A stretch of 64,000 nt of DNA from Eledone cirrhosa (GCA_964016885.1 OZ024740.1:50840001-50904000), one strand, 5' to 3'. Positions 37,266 through 50,982 are shown, counted from the first letter of the stretch. The notes: generated by a model not told the origin, from the letters alone. Numbers and translations: made by a program.

Positions 37266-37598
37266 GGAGGCACATGGCTTAGTGGTTTGAACATTGGCCT
37301 TGCAATCGAAAGGTTGTGAGTTCAATTCTCAAACCGGGAGATGTGTTGTTTCCTTGAGCAAGACACTTTATTTCACATTGCTCCAGTTTATTCAGCTGTA
37401 GAAATGAGATGATAGGGACTAGAGTCCATATCATTCCACTGCAAAGTGGTCGTGCAGGTGCCACGGCAAAAAAGCACCCAGTACTCACTGTAAATGAGGT
37501 TGGTGTTAGGAAGGGCATCCAGCTGTAGAAATCAAGCCAGAATCAGTTCCTGTCTCACCCTTGCAAGCAAGGAGAAAGCGGACGTAAAATGAAATGAT
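37266..37598 (+). mobile_element. SINE with tRNA/CORE-like head and RTE-derived 3' tail
   Basis: Head is like family B; 37436-37545 matches the RTE 3'UTR at 26570-26725. Confidence 0.75.
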
Positions 37599-37608
37599 AT
37601 ATATATAT

Positions 37609-37775
37609 ATATGAAAGACGTGAAATAAGAAAATTATAATAATTAACTTACTTAAGTTTCACTCCAACTAATTAGTTTCTGAACACTATGTATATCCCCT
37701 TTCAGAAACTAATTAGTTGGAGATAAACTTAAGTAAGTTAATTATTATAATTTTCTTATTTTACGTCTTTCATAT
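37609..37775. repeat. Palindrome with about 74-bp arms and a 17-nt loop
   Basis: ATATGAAAGACGT...TTTCTGAA and TTCAGAAA...ACGTCTTTCATAT. Confidence 0.85.
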
Positions 37776-37881
37776 AATTGTTCTACATTTTTGTATTGAA
37801 CCACAAAGTTTCTAAGACAAAACCTATATCTTGCTAGCATAAGTATACTTCTGTATAAATATATTGGTAGATATACTAATT

Positions 37882-37914
<33 letters not shown>

Positions 37915-37921
<7 letters not shown>

Positions 37922-38602
37922 GTGAACGGCAAAGCATAAACGAACTAAGGAAAAAATTAGAGATAAGAGGGATCAGATGTTGTTTACTCGAGAGAAGGCT
38001 ACGTTGGTATGGACACGTGATGCGCATGAAAGTCAATAGCTGTATAACAAAGTGCAGGGCAATAAAGATAGACGGTAGTCACGGAATAGGCAGACCTAGA
38101 AAAACCTGGGACGAGCTAATAAACTCCGACATCACACACTTACACCTCTCCAAGACATTGTCACTGGACCGAGACCTTTGGCGGTACTCAGTAACAGAGA
38201 AGACCCGCCTTACCTAAATATGTAGTAAAACCTACTCCAGCCAGTAGGCATCTCTAACAAAATACATCCCGTCCCACCACCACCACCCCACCCCATCCAC
38301 ACCACCCCGTCCTATGTAAAGTTATGTTGGTGCCGCGCCATCGAGGCCGAAACAAATGAGATCGTGTAGGTGTCACGACAAAAAAACACACAGTCCACGC
38401 TGTAATGTGGCCGTGTAGGCAACACGGTAAAAACCTCCCAGACCCACACTGTAAATGTGGTTGGTGTTAGGAAGGGCATCCAACTGTAGAAAACCTGCCA
38501 GACAGTCCTATGCGAGCAAGACAATCACTCTTGCCTCAAGTGGGACTACCCCCATCCAAGCGTGGAACACGGACGTTAAACGTTGATGATGATGATGATG
38601 AT
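37915..38602 (+). mobile_element. RTE 3' fragment (diverged subfamily)
   Basis: RERQSINELR..LRWYGHVMRM..GRPRKTW, 3'UTR and (GAT)n. Confidence 0.9.
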
Positions 38603-38611
38603 ATGTATACA

Positions 38612-39430
38612 ACGAAGGCTATTTTTCTCTCTTCTCACATGGCCAGAGTTCGTGTCAGGTCTGTTTTCTAAAAGCTCATATATTCACCTAGCTTATGCTA
38701 AACAGAATAATTTTGAAGCTTGTTTCTTTCCCCTACGGTTAGCTATACTCTGTGTTGTTCTCCTGTCTCACTCGCTTTACGCATTTCAATTGTCCTAATA
38801 ACTTATTTTGGTTATTATTGCACCGACGTGAGGTATATGATTTTTAATGCAATGAAATATCGATGATCGTCGGCAAATCACTGATGAGGGACTCATTTTA
38901 TTACATGTTATCCATGTGCTACCTGCAGTATTTTTCTCTATATTTTATTACATATATTTACCACTGCGATTCTGTGTTTTTTTCTCTCTCTCTCTTACTG
39001 CTCCCCCAGTCTCTCTGTTTCTCCCCCTCTGTCATGTCAGTTAACTCTTCCTCACACTTTCACTCACTCACTGTTTCTCTTCTCTTCATTTCATCCTGTA
39101 CACCACGAAGGCTATTTTTCTCTCTTCTCACATGGCCAGAGTTCGTGTCAGGTCTGTTTTCTAAAAGCTCATATATTCACCTAGCTTATGCTAAACAGAA
39201 TAATTTTGAAGCTTGTTTCTTTCCCCTACGGTTAGCTATACTCTGTGTTGTTCTCCTGTCTCACTCGCCTTACGCGTTTCAATTGTCCTAATAACTTATT
39301 TTGGTTATTATTGCACCGACGTGAGGTATATGATTTTTAATGCAATGAAATATCGATGATCGTCGGCAAATCACTGATGAGGGACTCATTTTATTACATG
39401 TTATCCATGTGCTACCTGCAGTATTTTTCT
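38612..39430. repeat. Direct repeat pair of about 328 bp
   Basis: 38612-38939 is almost identical to 39105-39430, with a spacer of about 165 bp. Confidence 0.9.
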
Positions 39431-40410
39431 CTCTCTCTATATATATATGGGCAAAGCAACAGGGCCATTGCTGAGATGCTGAGAGCATCTGGGATGGTAG
39501 GTCACACTATAATCACCCATATGGTAAACAAAGTAATACAAAAATGGGTTATACCTTATGACTGGCAAAGCAGCATCATATATATATATATACGCACACA
39601 CACTCTCACACACACACACGCACACATGTGTGTGTGGGTGTGTGTGTGACTGTGTGTGTCTGTGTTTCCTTTTCTTACTGTCTGTGTTTATGTCCTATAA
39701 CTTATCGATTTGACAAAAAGGAGATTGATAAAATAGGTACCAGACTTGTAAAAATAAGTATTGAGGTCCATATGATTGACTAAATGAAGGTGGTGCCCTG
39801 GTATAGCCACAGTCTACTGACTGAAATAAGAATAGCAGAGGTCAACTGGCTATGTGCCTAAGGTAATAAATTACTTACTAATATGACTTTGCATCAAATA
39901 CATTGCAAGTGTTTCATGGTTTATATATCCCACTCATTTAGCTATAATGATTCCAATACATTATCTGCAAATGTTTAACTAATAAAAAACACTGATTATG
40001 CTAATCAAGAATTTGGAAGGATTTAGTAATATAAATTTATCATTATTTAGCTGGTATTAAATATTATTAAAAGGTTCTTACATAGAATTATGATGAAAGG
40101 TTTTTTGATAAAACAAACAGCTTTGTATGGTATTAAAATAGGGAATTGGTTATTTATTCTGACAAGATATCTATCGATATTTTTTATCTGATTAGCACTG
40201 TAAAACTGAAGTTATGTCTTGGCAGACCTCTTGAACTGCTATAATTGCAATTCTTAACCCAGGGAAAATCTCCTGCCTCCCAGGTAGAAATTTTAGGATT
40301 CCTGGGGCAAATTTAAGGATTTCAGTGAGGAAATTGTTTTTAGATTTAAAAATTTATCATAATCAATCTAGTTTTACTAGATTTATTTTTCCTAATGGTG
40401 ATTTTAAGGA

Positions 40411-41090
40411 TCTTCTTCTTCTTCTTCTTTGCCCACTTATTCTGAAGAGAGTTGTGGGGGCAGAGTCCTCAAACACTCCTTCCAGCAGGTCCTTTCAGAA
40501 GCAACCATCTCCAAATGATCCGGCTGGATCCCCAAGCAAGACCAACCAAGCTCATGGATGTTATCTAGCCATCTTGCTCGGGATCTATCTATGCCCGGGT
40601 CTCCTGCCAGTTGTTATGCCCATAAAATTTGTCCAGCGATTCTTTCCTGAGACATTCTAACCACATTCCCATAGTATTAGAGCTGTGATCTCTCAATTCG
40701 GAGAAGTAGCGGTTCTACCTGGAGTGACTCTCTCATCTCCGAGCTACACATTCTGTTGAGAAACATTACTCCAAAGATCCTTCAAAGGAACCCCATTTAA
40801 GCTGCTTGTATGTGCGATCATATTCTTTTGGTCATCACCCAAGATTCATGACCATAGGTAAGGGTTGGCACCAATACTGAATTGAAGATATCAAGTTTAG
40901 CTTTTATTCCATCCTCCCTTCTTCTGATTACTGAATGCTGAAGCTGCTGCATTACTGCACCAGCTCCTGTAATTCTTGCACTTAATTCAGCCTCCTGCTT
41001 CCATCATATGTGAACAAGGCCCCGAGATACTTGAACTTCTCAACCTGCTTCAGTGGAACTCCATTCATATGTAGAGTGCATTTCCTATTA
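40411..41090 (-). mobile_element. RTE (BovB-like) 3' fragment with (GAA)n tail
   Basis: LKQVEKFKYLG..LVPTLTYGHESW. Confidence 0.85.
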
Positions 41091-41919
41091 ATATTAGGCT
41101 ATTAATGTTAAACAATAAATTGACTACTTTTTTCATATCATGTGTGCACGTGTGAGGGTGGTGTGAATAGCAAGGTTAAGATACACTGCTTTAAAAGATA
41201 TTTACTCTTACATGTCAAATAGAATAAGCTCCACTAGCACCACATCTACAGCACACACACAGACACAACCATACACAAACTCATGCATGCATACATATGA
41301 TTACATGTATATATATGTACAGTATAGACAGACAAGGACATAAACATAATATATATATGAACATCACAACTTTTTATTACCGCATTTATCCTAAGAATCT
41401 GAGCTTTTATGTCTATGCATAAAAATCATCAAATTGTAGTTGCCAGACTGAAAGGGGAAGGTGGCTGAGTGGAAAAATAACTGAAATTTTATCCTTCAAG
41501 GTCACTGGTTCATATCCCTATGTGGGCGTTGCACCATGTTTTTTAGTAAGACACGCATTAACTTTACTTGCCGAAAACCTGAACACGTTGTTTAACAGGT
41601 TAGCAGTTTATTTAGTGAATAGTCAGCTTAATAAGACAGAGGTGTCTGATCATAAATTATTGTTTGTTCTTTCAATGTGGCTCTATCTCCTGCATATTTT
41701 TCTAGCATAATTATTTTCTCTCTCTCAATCTCTCTATATCTATCTGTCTATCTATCTATCTTTCTCTCTCTTTCTCTCTCTCTCTCCCTCTCTCTCTCTC
41801 CCTCTCTGATCTTTTTCTATCTCTCTCTATTTATCTAACCATCTACTCATCTATCTATCTATCTATCTATATATCTATCTATATATATCTATCTATCTTC
41901 TCTCTATATATATATATCC

Positions 41920-43030
41920 AGGTATTCCTGACTGGTGAACTGGTGTGGTTGTCGTTTGTGAGATGAGCTTTTCCACAACTCGTCTCGCTAACAGAGCTCC
42001 AGTCCTGTGTGAAGCAAAGACTGAAAATGGGTGCCTGGCACCTCGAGTGCGTTCAGGCGCTCACAGTCCTCTACCAAGCAGAAACGGTAATCAGCAGATA
42101 CTCCATGTCAACATTCTATAGGGGATTAGTGGAAGATGTTCTCGGGAAGACAATGTTCTCGGGGAGATTCTGGGCATCAAAGAGGACAAACTGGCCAGTC
42201 TGTTCGGGAGGACTTTCCAGGGCCTATGGATAACTTCCAGAGGTCACTGGCCTGGCAGTACTACCGAGGAGCTCTACCAGTTTGACACAAAATTTATAGG
42301 CATGGATGCCCTGGCAGGGATCCTGCCTAAAGGATCTGTTCAAGATGCAAGCAGGACATTGAAACCATTCTACATACATTGTTCAGTGCCCAAAGGTGAC
42401 CAACCTGTGGAATTATGTCGAACAGCTACTGTTACATGTGGGACACATCCAGTTGTCAGCAGAGTCCATCGTAAGGATCACCCTGCCACCTTCATTTAAA
42501 AATGAAGGGGAGGCAGTTTTCCTTTATCTGGTGGCTATGGCGAAAGAGGTAATATGGTGGACAAGGTTGAAAGTACTGAGGGCAAACACCTTCCTCTCCG
42601 GACAACAACTCATCCCCTTCTTTAAATACCACTTCAGAAGGAAGGTGAAAGTGGAGAGAGAGGAGCTACACCCCATTAAATTTGCTGAAAGGTGGGTGAA
42701 TGTGGCGAAAATGGCCCGGGTGAATGGGCCTTCTCTGTATATAAACCTGTAGGTTGAGGAAGACAAACAGAGGGAGAACGGGAATATCTACAAAACGTGT
42801 TCCTGCTATTGAGGGTTGTTCTATCTACGGGGTGTAAAGCAACCCCGCAGTAACGTTCCCCCCTATTGGGGATTTCGATTGTTATTCTATTTTGATATAT
42901 AGTTTATTGTAATTTATTAATGTTAAAGTTTATACGATTTTTATGTAAAACACCCACCGTCACGTCTTCTAATGTCCCACTTCTTGTACGCCCTTGTGGC
43001 AAATAAAGAAAGATATCTATCTATCTATCT
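41920..43030 (+). mobile_element. Tx1-group LINE 3' fragment ending in (TATC)n
   Basis: ORF2 C-terminal homology to 49850-50680; AATAAAG then TATC repeats. Confidence 0.85.
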
Positions 43031-43034
43031 ATAC

Positions 43035-45002
43035 ATGACAGTAATGGTGTCGAGCACCTCACAAATCGGGGAGGTTGGCACCTTACTGAAGGAATACGAA
43101 AGGTTCACAGGAGTGAAGCTGAACCGGGACAAATCTGTCGGTTTGCAACTCAGAACACGGAGAGGCAAACCGATGCCTTCTGATGGTGTCATCAGACGCC
43201 GGATGGAAGGACCAGTGAAGCTGCTTGGGGTCTGGTTTGGTCCGGACCTTCAAACGGAGGGCTGAGGATGCCGTGGCTGATGATGCACAAACACGCACTC
43301 AGGCTGCGACACCTCCACGTATTCCTCACCGGACATCCGGTGTGGGCCTCGTTCGTGAGGCGAGCCTTCCCATGACTCGTCTCACTGACCGAGTTGCAGT
43401 CCTGGATCAAGCAAAGACCGAGGAAAATGGGCGACTGGCGCATTGAATGTGCTCAGGCGCTCACAGTCCTCTGGCAAATGGACCCGGCGATCAGTGGAGA
43501 CTCCATTTTGTCATTCTATAGAGGGTTGGTCCACAGCAAGTGCAACGACGCGCTCGGAGAAACTCTAGGCGTAGAGGAGGATGAACTGGCCAGTCTGTTC
43601 GGTAGGACCTTCAGCCCGGGACCGATGGACAACTTCCAAAAGTCCCTGGCATGGCAGTGCTACCAAGGAGCTCTACCAGTTTGAGACAAGCTCTACAGAC
43701 ACGGGCACCCGGGCAGGGACCCTTCGAAAAAGATCTGTCCAAGATGCATGCGCGACGAGGAAACTGTTGCGCACGCATTTGTACACTGCCCAGACGTCAC
43801 CGACCTTTTCAAATGTTTCTTTTAGGGACCTATAAGTTTGTATAGGGACCCTAATCAGTTTTAGGTTCAGTTTTTTGTTATTTTTAATAGAGTGGGCGAA
43901 AGTTTTCCCTTTGGTTTTCACCGAAGGGTTGTTCGTGATGGTCTTCATTAGTGTTTTGTTTTCAGTGTTTATGTAAGTGTAAGTGTAATTTTCTTGTGTT
44001 GTGTTTGTTTTTGTCTGTAGTTCTTGTGTGTGCTTTCGTTTTGTTGTAGGTATTTTGTTTTCAGGAGCTGGGGGTTTTGTTTGTGATGTTTTTGTTGTTT
44101 GTGTTGGTGGTTGTATGTTTGTGGTAGTGTTTGCTGGTTTTTTGCTTTTGTGATGTCTTTTCTTTCTTTTCGAGCGATGGGGTTCTCCCTCGTCTTCACT
44201 GGGTGATGGCGAGATAGCCTCATCTGTTGTATTGTCTGTGTGATTGGGGAGGTGTATGTCTTGGGGAGCTGTTGTGTCTGTATGTGATTTTGCAGTGGTT
44301 TTAGGTGGAGTGGGGTTGAGTGGGACTGTGTTTGTGTGGTTATTTTTGTGTGTTGGTGTTGTTTTAGGTGCGTGCGAGACAAAGAAACCGTCGCACATGC
44401 AATCATACACTGCCCGGGCATCACCGACCTGTGGGGCTATGTAGAACAACTATTGTCATGGGTGGGACCAATCCGGTTGACCACCGAGTCCATTGTCATG
44501 ATCAAACCGCCACCCTCCTTCAAAAACGAAGGAGAGGCGGTTTTCCTTTGTGTGATAGCTATGGCGAAAGAGATTGTATGGTGGACAAGGTTGAAAGGGC
44601 TGAGGTCTTTCTCTCCGGCCAACAACTGATTCTTTTTTTTCAAATACCACTTTGGAAGAAGAATCAGGATGGAGAGAGAGGTGCTGTACTCCAGCAAGTT
44701 TTATGAAAGGTGGGTGAATGTGGCAAAGATGGCCTGAGTGGTTGGGCCATCTATTTAAGCCTGTAGGTTGAGGAAAAAGAGGAAGAGAGGAAGGGAGTAC
44801 TCACTCTTGGTGCTCCTGGAGATGAGGGTTGCACATTTTTTCGGGGGTATGTGTTACCCATATGAACTGTCTCCCCCTATTGGGGAAAATCGACTAATTT
44901 TTTAAATTCCATTTGTGATAATATTTTACATGTTTTTATTGTATGTAAACTTCCCCCTTTGTATTTGTCCCCTTCTTTTGTGCCCCTGTGGCTAATAAAG
45001 AA
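43035..45002 (+). mobile_element. Rearranged Tx1-group LINE pieces with an inverted ORF1 segment (43807-44366)
   Basis: Sense ORF2 pieces flank a minus-strand segment homologous to the ORF1 C-terminal half. Confidence 0.85.
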
Positions 45003-45474
45003 ATCTATCTATCTATCTGTCTACCTGTCTGTCTGTCTGTTTTTCTGTCTCTATCTACCCATCTACCCATCTATCTATCTACCCATGTATCTATCTACCC
45101 ATCTATCTATCTACCCATGTATCTATCTACCCATGTATCTATCTACCCATCTATCTATCTACCCATGTATCTATCTACCCATCTATCTATCTATCCATCT
45201 ATCTATCTACCCATCTATCTATCTACCCATCTATCTATCTACCCATCTATCTATTTATCTCTGGGATGGACACACACGTATAACTTGCTAAGTAAGTTCT
45301 GTTTAAATTTCTATAGAAATTCTTGTCTGTAAACTTTAATTTGTGTACCATTTTGTAGAGGGACTGCCAGGTCAAACTTTTATCTGGTCAGTCTCTCAAA
45401 ATATTCTACGCCTTTAGGCGAAATAGTTAAACAAAAAAAGTTTTTTTCTTGTTGAAAAGTTAACATTTTTTAAA

Positions 45475-47265
45475 ATGGCTGAAGCTTCTTCACCAAAATT
45501 CGAAGGAGGAAAGGGGAAGATAAACTTACAGCTTCCCCATGCCACTGTCACAGTAGCAGAGGTAAAAAACAAAGGTCAGCCAGAGGAAAGATTTTCTCCA
45601 TCTGCTGACCGACAACTTGACGTTGCCATAGCAACAAACCAAAGAACCAGCGGCACCAGCAACAACAACAACAACAACAATGCGACGGACGAAAACAACA
45701 CCAATAACAATAACAACAACAACAAGACCAATAACTGTGATAACAACAACAATGATAGCAACAACACCACCAACTACAACAGCAACACAAGCAGGGAAAG
45801 GGTCTCCTTCGCCCAGACGGCAAGGAAAACCCTCGACTATCTGCCAGTAGATATAACCAAAGCGAAGGAGCTATTGGCAGATGCCAAAAAATATATAGTG
45901 TACGGGGAAAATGGTTCATTCAAGATCCATTCCCCCCCGGAACTAAAAAGCCAGAGACTCCTAAACACTGTCATGTTTAGGTCAATCTCGAATAAAAGCA
46001 AAAAACCAGCTCAACCATCACAGAGTGAGATAGAGCTGGTTTTAAAAGACGTCATGAAGGACATCACCTTCATTCAGAAGGATAGACTCTACGGGAGTCT
46101 ATCCATTCTCATGAAGGACAGGGACACAGCAGTGAAACTGTCCATCAAACCAATCACATCCACCGCATACACCTTCTACCCTACGTACATGGGTAGAAGA
46201 ACACAAAAAATAAAAATCCACACCATCCTGCCGATTATGGACATATGGTGGGTTTTGACAGGTTTCCTGAACCTGGATGATGACACGCTGGTGTCCATGG
46301 GAAAGGCATCGGGTGACGCGTTCAGTGGAACGAGCCTCGAACTTGTAGTTCAAATGAGGCCCGAAAGGATCGCCCAGATCCCTGAACGCGTCATACTGGA
46401 TGATCAAACTTTCATCAACATTACCATTGAGGGTAGGCGGCTCTCGTGTTACCTCTGCGGAACCAGAGGTCACCTGAGGGCTGTCTGTCCCCAACTTAAT
46501 AAGAAAACCCCAATCCTGCCTACACCACCAACAACTGCACAACCAACACAATCACCACAACTACCACTACAAAAACAACAACCACAGCTCAAACCAAAAC
46601 AAAACAATGTCCAACCCATCCTCCCCACTCAAAAAAAAACAATTTCCAAAACACCCGCACCGCAAACACAACCCGAAAATATACCCCTCCCCTCCAACGC
46701 GGAAGATGACCCTAGTTCGTCGTCAGACGAGGAGGAGCACTTCCACACAATCAAAAGAAAAAAAAGAAAACACACCTCAGACACACAAATGAAAACAACC
46801 CCTCCCCAAAACATAACACAGACACCAACACAAAAGAGCTCACAACAACAGCAAACAAAAAACACCACACAAAAACAAAAACATGCATACACATACATAA
46901 ACACAAGAAACAAAAAACTGTTAAACATTGTGTACAACAACAATACGATAAAAACCCAAGGGCCTAACTTCACCCAGGCAGGGGATTTCCCCCACCTCAA
47001 AATGATTAAGGCCCCACAGGACACTTATAAAACTCTAAAAAACAACTTTAAAGAGGACGTGGGTCCCCCCTGCATCGGGCCCATTAACCGCGTCCTTCTA
47101 AAAAACTACCCCACCCCCTCCCCAAACACCCACACAACTCCAAACATCCCAACCACACAACACACTGATGCCCCTACACTTCCACAAACCACCACCCCAC
47201 CCAACAACCCATCCCCCACCCTAATGGAAATTGTGCAGCCCGATACCCGGGACGCAGAGAGGTAA
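45475..47265 (+). CDS. LINE ORF1 protein (zinc knuckle), 596 aa, open
   Basis: CYLCGTRGHLRAVC CCHC knuckle, Asn-rich N-terminus, Pro/Thr/Gln-rich tail. Confidence 0.9.
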   Translation: MAEASSPKFEGGKGKINLQLPHATVTVAEVKNKGQPEERFSPSADRQLDVAIATNQRTSGTSNNNNNNNATDENNTNNNNNNNKTNNCDNNNNDSNNTTNYNSNTSRERVSFAQTARKTLDYLPVDITKAKELLADAKKYIVYGENGSFKIHSPPELKSQRLLNTVMFRSISNKSKKPAQPSQSEIELVLKDVMKDITFIQKDRLYGSLSILMKDRDTAVKLSIKPITSTAYTFYPTYMGRRTQKIKIHTILPIMDIWWVLTGFLNLDDDTLVSMGKASGDAFSGTSLELVVQMRPERIAQIPERVILDDQTFINITIEGRRLSCYLCGTRGHLRAVCPQLNKKTPILPTPPTTAQPTQSPQLPLQKQQPQLKPKQNNVQPILPTQKKTISKTPAPQTQPENIPLPSNAEDDPSSSSDEEEHFHTIKRKKRKHTSDTQMKTTPPQNITQTPTQKSSQQQQTKNTTQKQKHAYTYINTRNKKLLNIVYNNNTIKTQGPNFTQAGDFPHLKMIKAPQDTYKTLKNNFKEDVGPPCIGPINRVLLKNYPTPSPNTHTTPNIPTTQHTDAPTLPQTTTPPNNPSPTLMEIVQPDTRDAER

Positions 47266-47289
47266 GTGCCTTTTCTCTTCACCACCAGC

Positions 47290-50200
47290 ATGGCTATGCT
47301 AAGAGTAGGCTGTTTAAATGCGCATGGCCTGGGCTCAACTTGGAAGCAAGCAATGCTTCTAAATGACCTCAGGTCACAACGTATAGATGTGATGGTTATT
47401 TGCGAGGCCCGGATCAGCAACGTGCGACAGCTGGCCCCCACCTTTGATGACTTTGAGATGCACGCATCTCTCTGTCAGCCCGGAGGTGGGGGTGGGGTTG
47501 TCGTTCTGCTGCAAAAACATCTGGGTCTCGCAACACAGATGGTACACTTGGACCCGGAGGGTCGACTAGTGGTTCTGGACCTTGGCAGTGGTAAAGGCGG
47601 AGCGTTTAGGTTGGTAGCCGCCTATGGCCCTTTCGGGTCAATGCGGTCGGACTTCTTCCATCGTCTGGAGACTTTTCTAGGGACGTCCCGCTCCTTGCTA
47701 TTAGTGGGGGACTGGAATGGTATCCTAGATGCACGCTGGGACTACGTAGGGGCCTGTCCCGATAGAGAGGGGTGTAATAGCTTCAAAGGGTTAATCGGTC
47801 GATTTGATCTGGCCGATAGATATCGACTAGATTTTCCGACTGCGCCAACCTGGACTTGGGCAAATCGTAGCGGATCATCTAGGTCGTACCTAGATAGGTT
47901 CTTAGTTAGAATTAAGGATAAGGGCTTTTTAAGTTGTCCAAAAATGCGCATGGTTGGCTATTCAGACCACAAGTTAGTGACCTGCATGGTCAACCTTGAC
48001 AGAACTCATAGACAGGGACCCGGTTACTGGAAGCTCAACTTGTCCTTACCGGCAAGTAAGGCTTACAGGGACCGGATTAGCATTTTAGTTAAGGAGCGTC
48101 TGACGGGCGCCATCGTCAACAGCAGGTGGTGGGGATCTCTCAAAAGAGAGATTAGAGTAGTCTCTATAGAATTTAGTGAGGAGTTAGCCTCAAATAGAAA
48201 TAGGAAGGAAAGGGAGCTGGTAGATAGAGTAGAAGAGGCAATTAGAAGCGGCGACGTGGCCAGAGTGCTAGCGTCGAGAATGGCCCTGGGCCAGTTCTTC
48301 GACGCGAAACATGAAGGCTGCATCGTCCGAAGCAAAATACGTGCTCTGGGGAAAAAGGGGACCAATGCTGTTACCTGGGGCCGCGTGACAGAAGCCAAAA
48401 GAGGGAGCAGATCCACTATCCGGTCTTTGCGAGACCAGGATGGACGGGTGATCCTTGAACCTAAGCAGATGTGCGAGGCTTTTCAAAAGCACTTTGCCAG
48501 ATTGTTCGGAAGGGGCGGGGAACCGGTTGGGGATGTGGACTTCGGTCCATACCTCGACGGCCTGCCGCGTCTCTCGGACAGGGAGGCGAAGTCCTGCGAG
48601 GAGCCGATTTCAGCCGCTGAAATAGAGGACGTGCTGAGCCAATGCGGCAAACGCAAATCCCCGGGTCTCGATGGTCTTCCATACGAACTATATCTAGCTA
48701 TGCCGGACTTGTTCCCCGATCTCCTCGAGGCGGTCTACTGCAACTGGCAACAGAACGGGATAATTCCCTGTGCTGTGACCAAGGGCGTAGTCACGCTAGT
48801 GAGGAAGGACGAGAACGAGGAGGACGATATAAATAATTTCAGGCCCATAACTCTGCTAAATACAGAGTTACAGATTTTGGCCAAGGTGCTAGCAAAGAGG
48901 TTGGCGCTTGTCGTGGGCAACCTGGTGGGAGATGCGCAGACATGTGCTATACCGTCCAGGTCCATCCACGACAACCTCCACATCATGCGATACATCATAG
49001 AGAGGGTTGGGAACGAACCCGGCTTTGGTAGGGCCCTGATGAACTTGGATCAATCTAGGGTCGACCATGGTTACCTGGATGCGGTGCTAGCGGCGGCAGG
49101 CTTCAGACCCATTTTCAGGGGCTGGATCAATGCCATGCACAGCAGCCGCATCTGCTCTAGGGTCAAGGTGAACGGCTACCTCTCGGAGCCGTTCGAAATC
49201 GTGCGGTCCATCCGACAGGGGTGCCCTCTCTCCTCCCTTCTGTATGTAATGACTCTAGAGCCACTGCTGCGGAAGTTGGAGTTGTTGCAGGGCATCCCGT
49301 TGGAACCGGGATTGCGGAAAGCAGTGTCGGCCTACGCCGACGACGTAACAGTAATGGTGTCTACGGCCTCGGAAATTGGGGTGATCGGCACCTTACTGGA
49401 GGAGTACGAAAGGTTTTAAGGGGCTAAGCTGAACCGGGACAAGTCGATCGGTCTGCAACTCGGCACGTGGGGGGGCAGATCGATGCCCCGGTGAAGTTGC
49501 TCGGGGTCTGGTTCGGACCAGACCTCCAGGTGGAGAAGAACTGGGGTGAGGTAACGAACAGGGTGTTTGCACTGACCCAGAAGTGGGCCGAGTGCAAACT
49601 GTCCCTGAAAGGTCGGGCGGAGGTGGCGAACACTTATATAGCGTCCGTCATCTACTACCGCCTGACCGTCGTGCCTTGCCCAAGGAAACGTTCGCCAAAA
49701 TGGAGCGCGCACTCTTCCAATTCCTTTGGAAGAGGTGGGCTCCTATGGTGAGGAGATCCATCTGCTGTCAACACCCTCCGAAAGGAGGGCTGGGGATGCC
49801 GTGGCTAATGATACGTAAACACGCATTAAGGCTACGGCACCTCCAGGTATTCCTCTCCGGTCAACCGGTGTGGGCCCCATTTGTGAGGCGAGCTTTTCCC
49901 AGACTCGTCTCACTCACCGAGCTGCAATCCTGGGTCAAGCAAAGACCGAGAAAACTGGGCCCCTGGCACACCGAGTGTGCCCAGGCGCTCACGGCTCTCT
50001 GGCAGGTGGACCCAACTGTCAGTGGAGAATCCACCTCGTCATTCTATAGAGGGCTGGTGGTTAGCAGGTGCGACGATGCCCTCGGAGAAGCCCTAGGCAT
50101 GGAGGAAGACGAACTAGCCAACCTGTTCGGTAGTACATTAAGCCCGGGACCCATGGATAACTTCCAGAGGTCCCTGGCCTGGCAGTGCTACAGAAGGGCT

Positions 50201-50680
50201 CTGCCCGTTTGAGAAAGGCTCCACAGACACGGGCGCCCGGGTAGGGACCCCTCGAAAAAGATCTGTCCCAGATGCGTGTGTGACGAGGAAACCGTTGCAC
50301 ACACATTGGTACACTGCTCGGGCATTGCCGATCTGTGGGGCTATGTCGAACAACTGCTGTCAAGGGTGGGACCGATCCGGTTGATCACCGAGTCTATTGT
50401 AACGATCAAGCCGCCTCCCCTCTTCAAAAACGAAGGAGAGGTGGTGTTTCTGTGCGTAATAGCCATGGCGAAAGAGGTTGTATGGTGGACGCATCTGAAA
50501 GGACAGAGGTCAGACACCTTTCTCTCTGGCCAACAACTGGTCCGTTTCTTCCGATATCATTTTGGAAGAAGGATCAGGATGGAGAGAGAGGTGCTGCACC
50601 CCAGTCATTTTTATGAAAGATGGGTGAAAGTGGCGAGAATGGCCCGTGTGAATGGGCCTTCACTCTACATCAGACTATAG
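47290..50680 (+). pseudogene. LINE ORF2 (APE endonuclease, RT, C-terminal zinc motif), disrupted
   Basis: LNAHGL, GDWN, SYLDRFL, SDHK, KSPGLDG, RQGCPLS, YADD; stops at 49417 and 50210 plus frameshifts. Confidence 0.93.
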
Positions 50681-50982
50681 GTGAGGAAGATGAAAGACCA
50701 AGGGAGCACCCCTTCTCTGTGCTCCTGAGGAAAAGGGTTGCACACTTTTTTCGGGGGGGGGGGGCGACCCCCCAAGGCGCCTCCTCTCTATTGAGGATTT
50801 TGTTATATATTTTATTCTGTTATATTTTATTTTATTTTTATATATTGTTATTGCCTCCTCCTTATTGAGGACGCCTTGTTTTGTAAATTCCCCCCATTGT
50901 ACTTGTCCCACTTTTGATGCCCTGGTGGCAAATAAAAGAAACATATCTATGTATCTATCTATCTATCTACCCATCTATCTAT

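Larger units (their letters stand above)
45388..50945 (+). mobile_element. Near full-length Tx1/L1-group LINE
   Basis: Short 5'UTR (boundary approximate), ORF1, ORF2, AATAAA at about 50930, (TATC)n tail. Confidence 0.95.

Noticed and set aside
38850-38900. Type II hammerhead (GAAATATCGAT...CTGATGAG) in the 328-bp repeat
   Set aside because: No convincing helix II pairing or valid cleavage triplet.
41455-41535. tRNA gene
   Set aside because: A/B-box-like motifs are present but there is no clean cloverleaf; likely a decayed SINE head.
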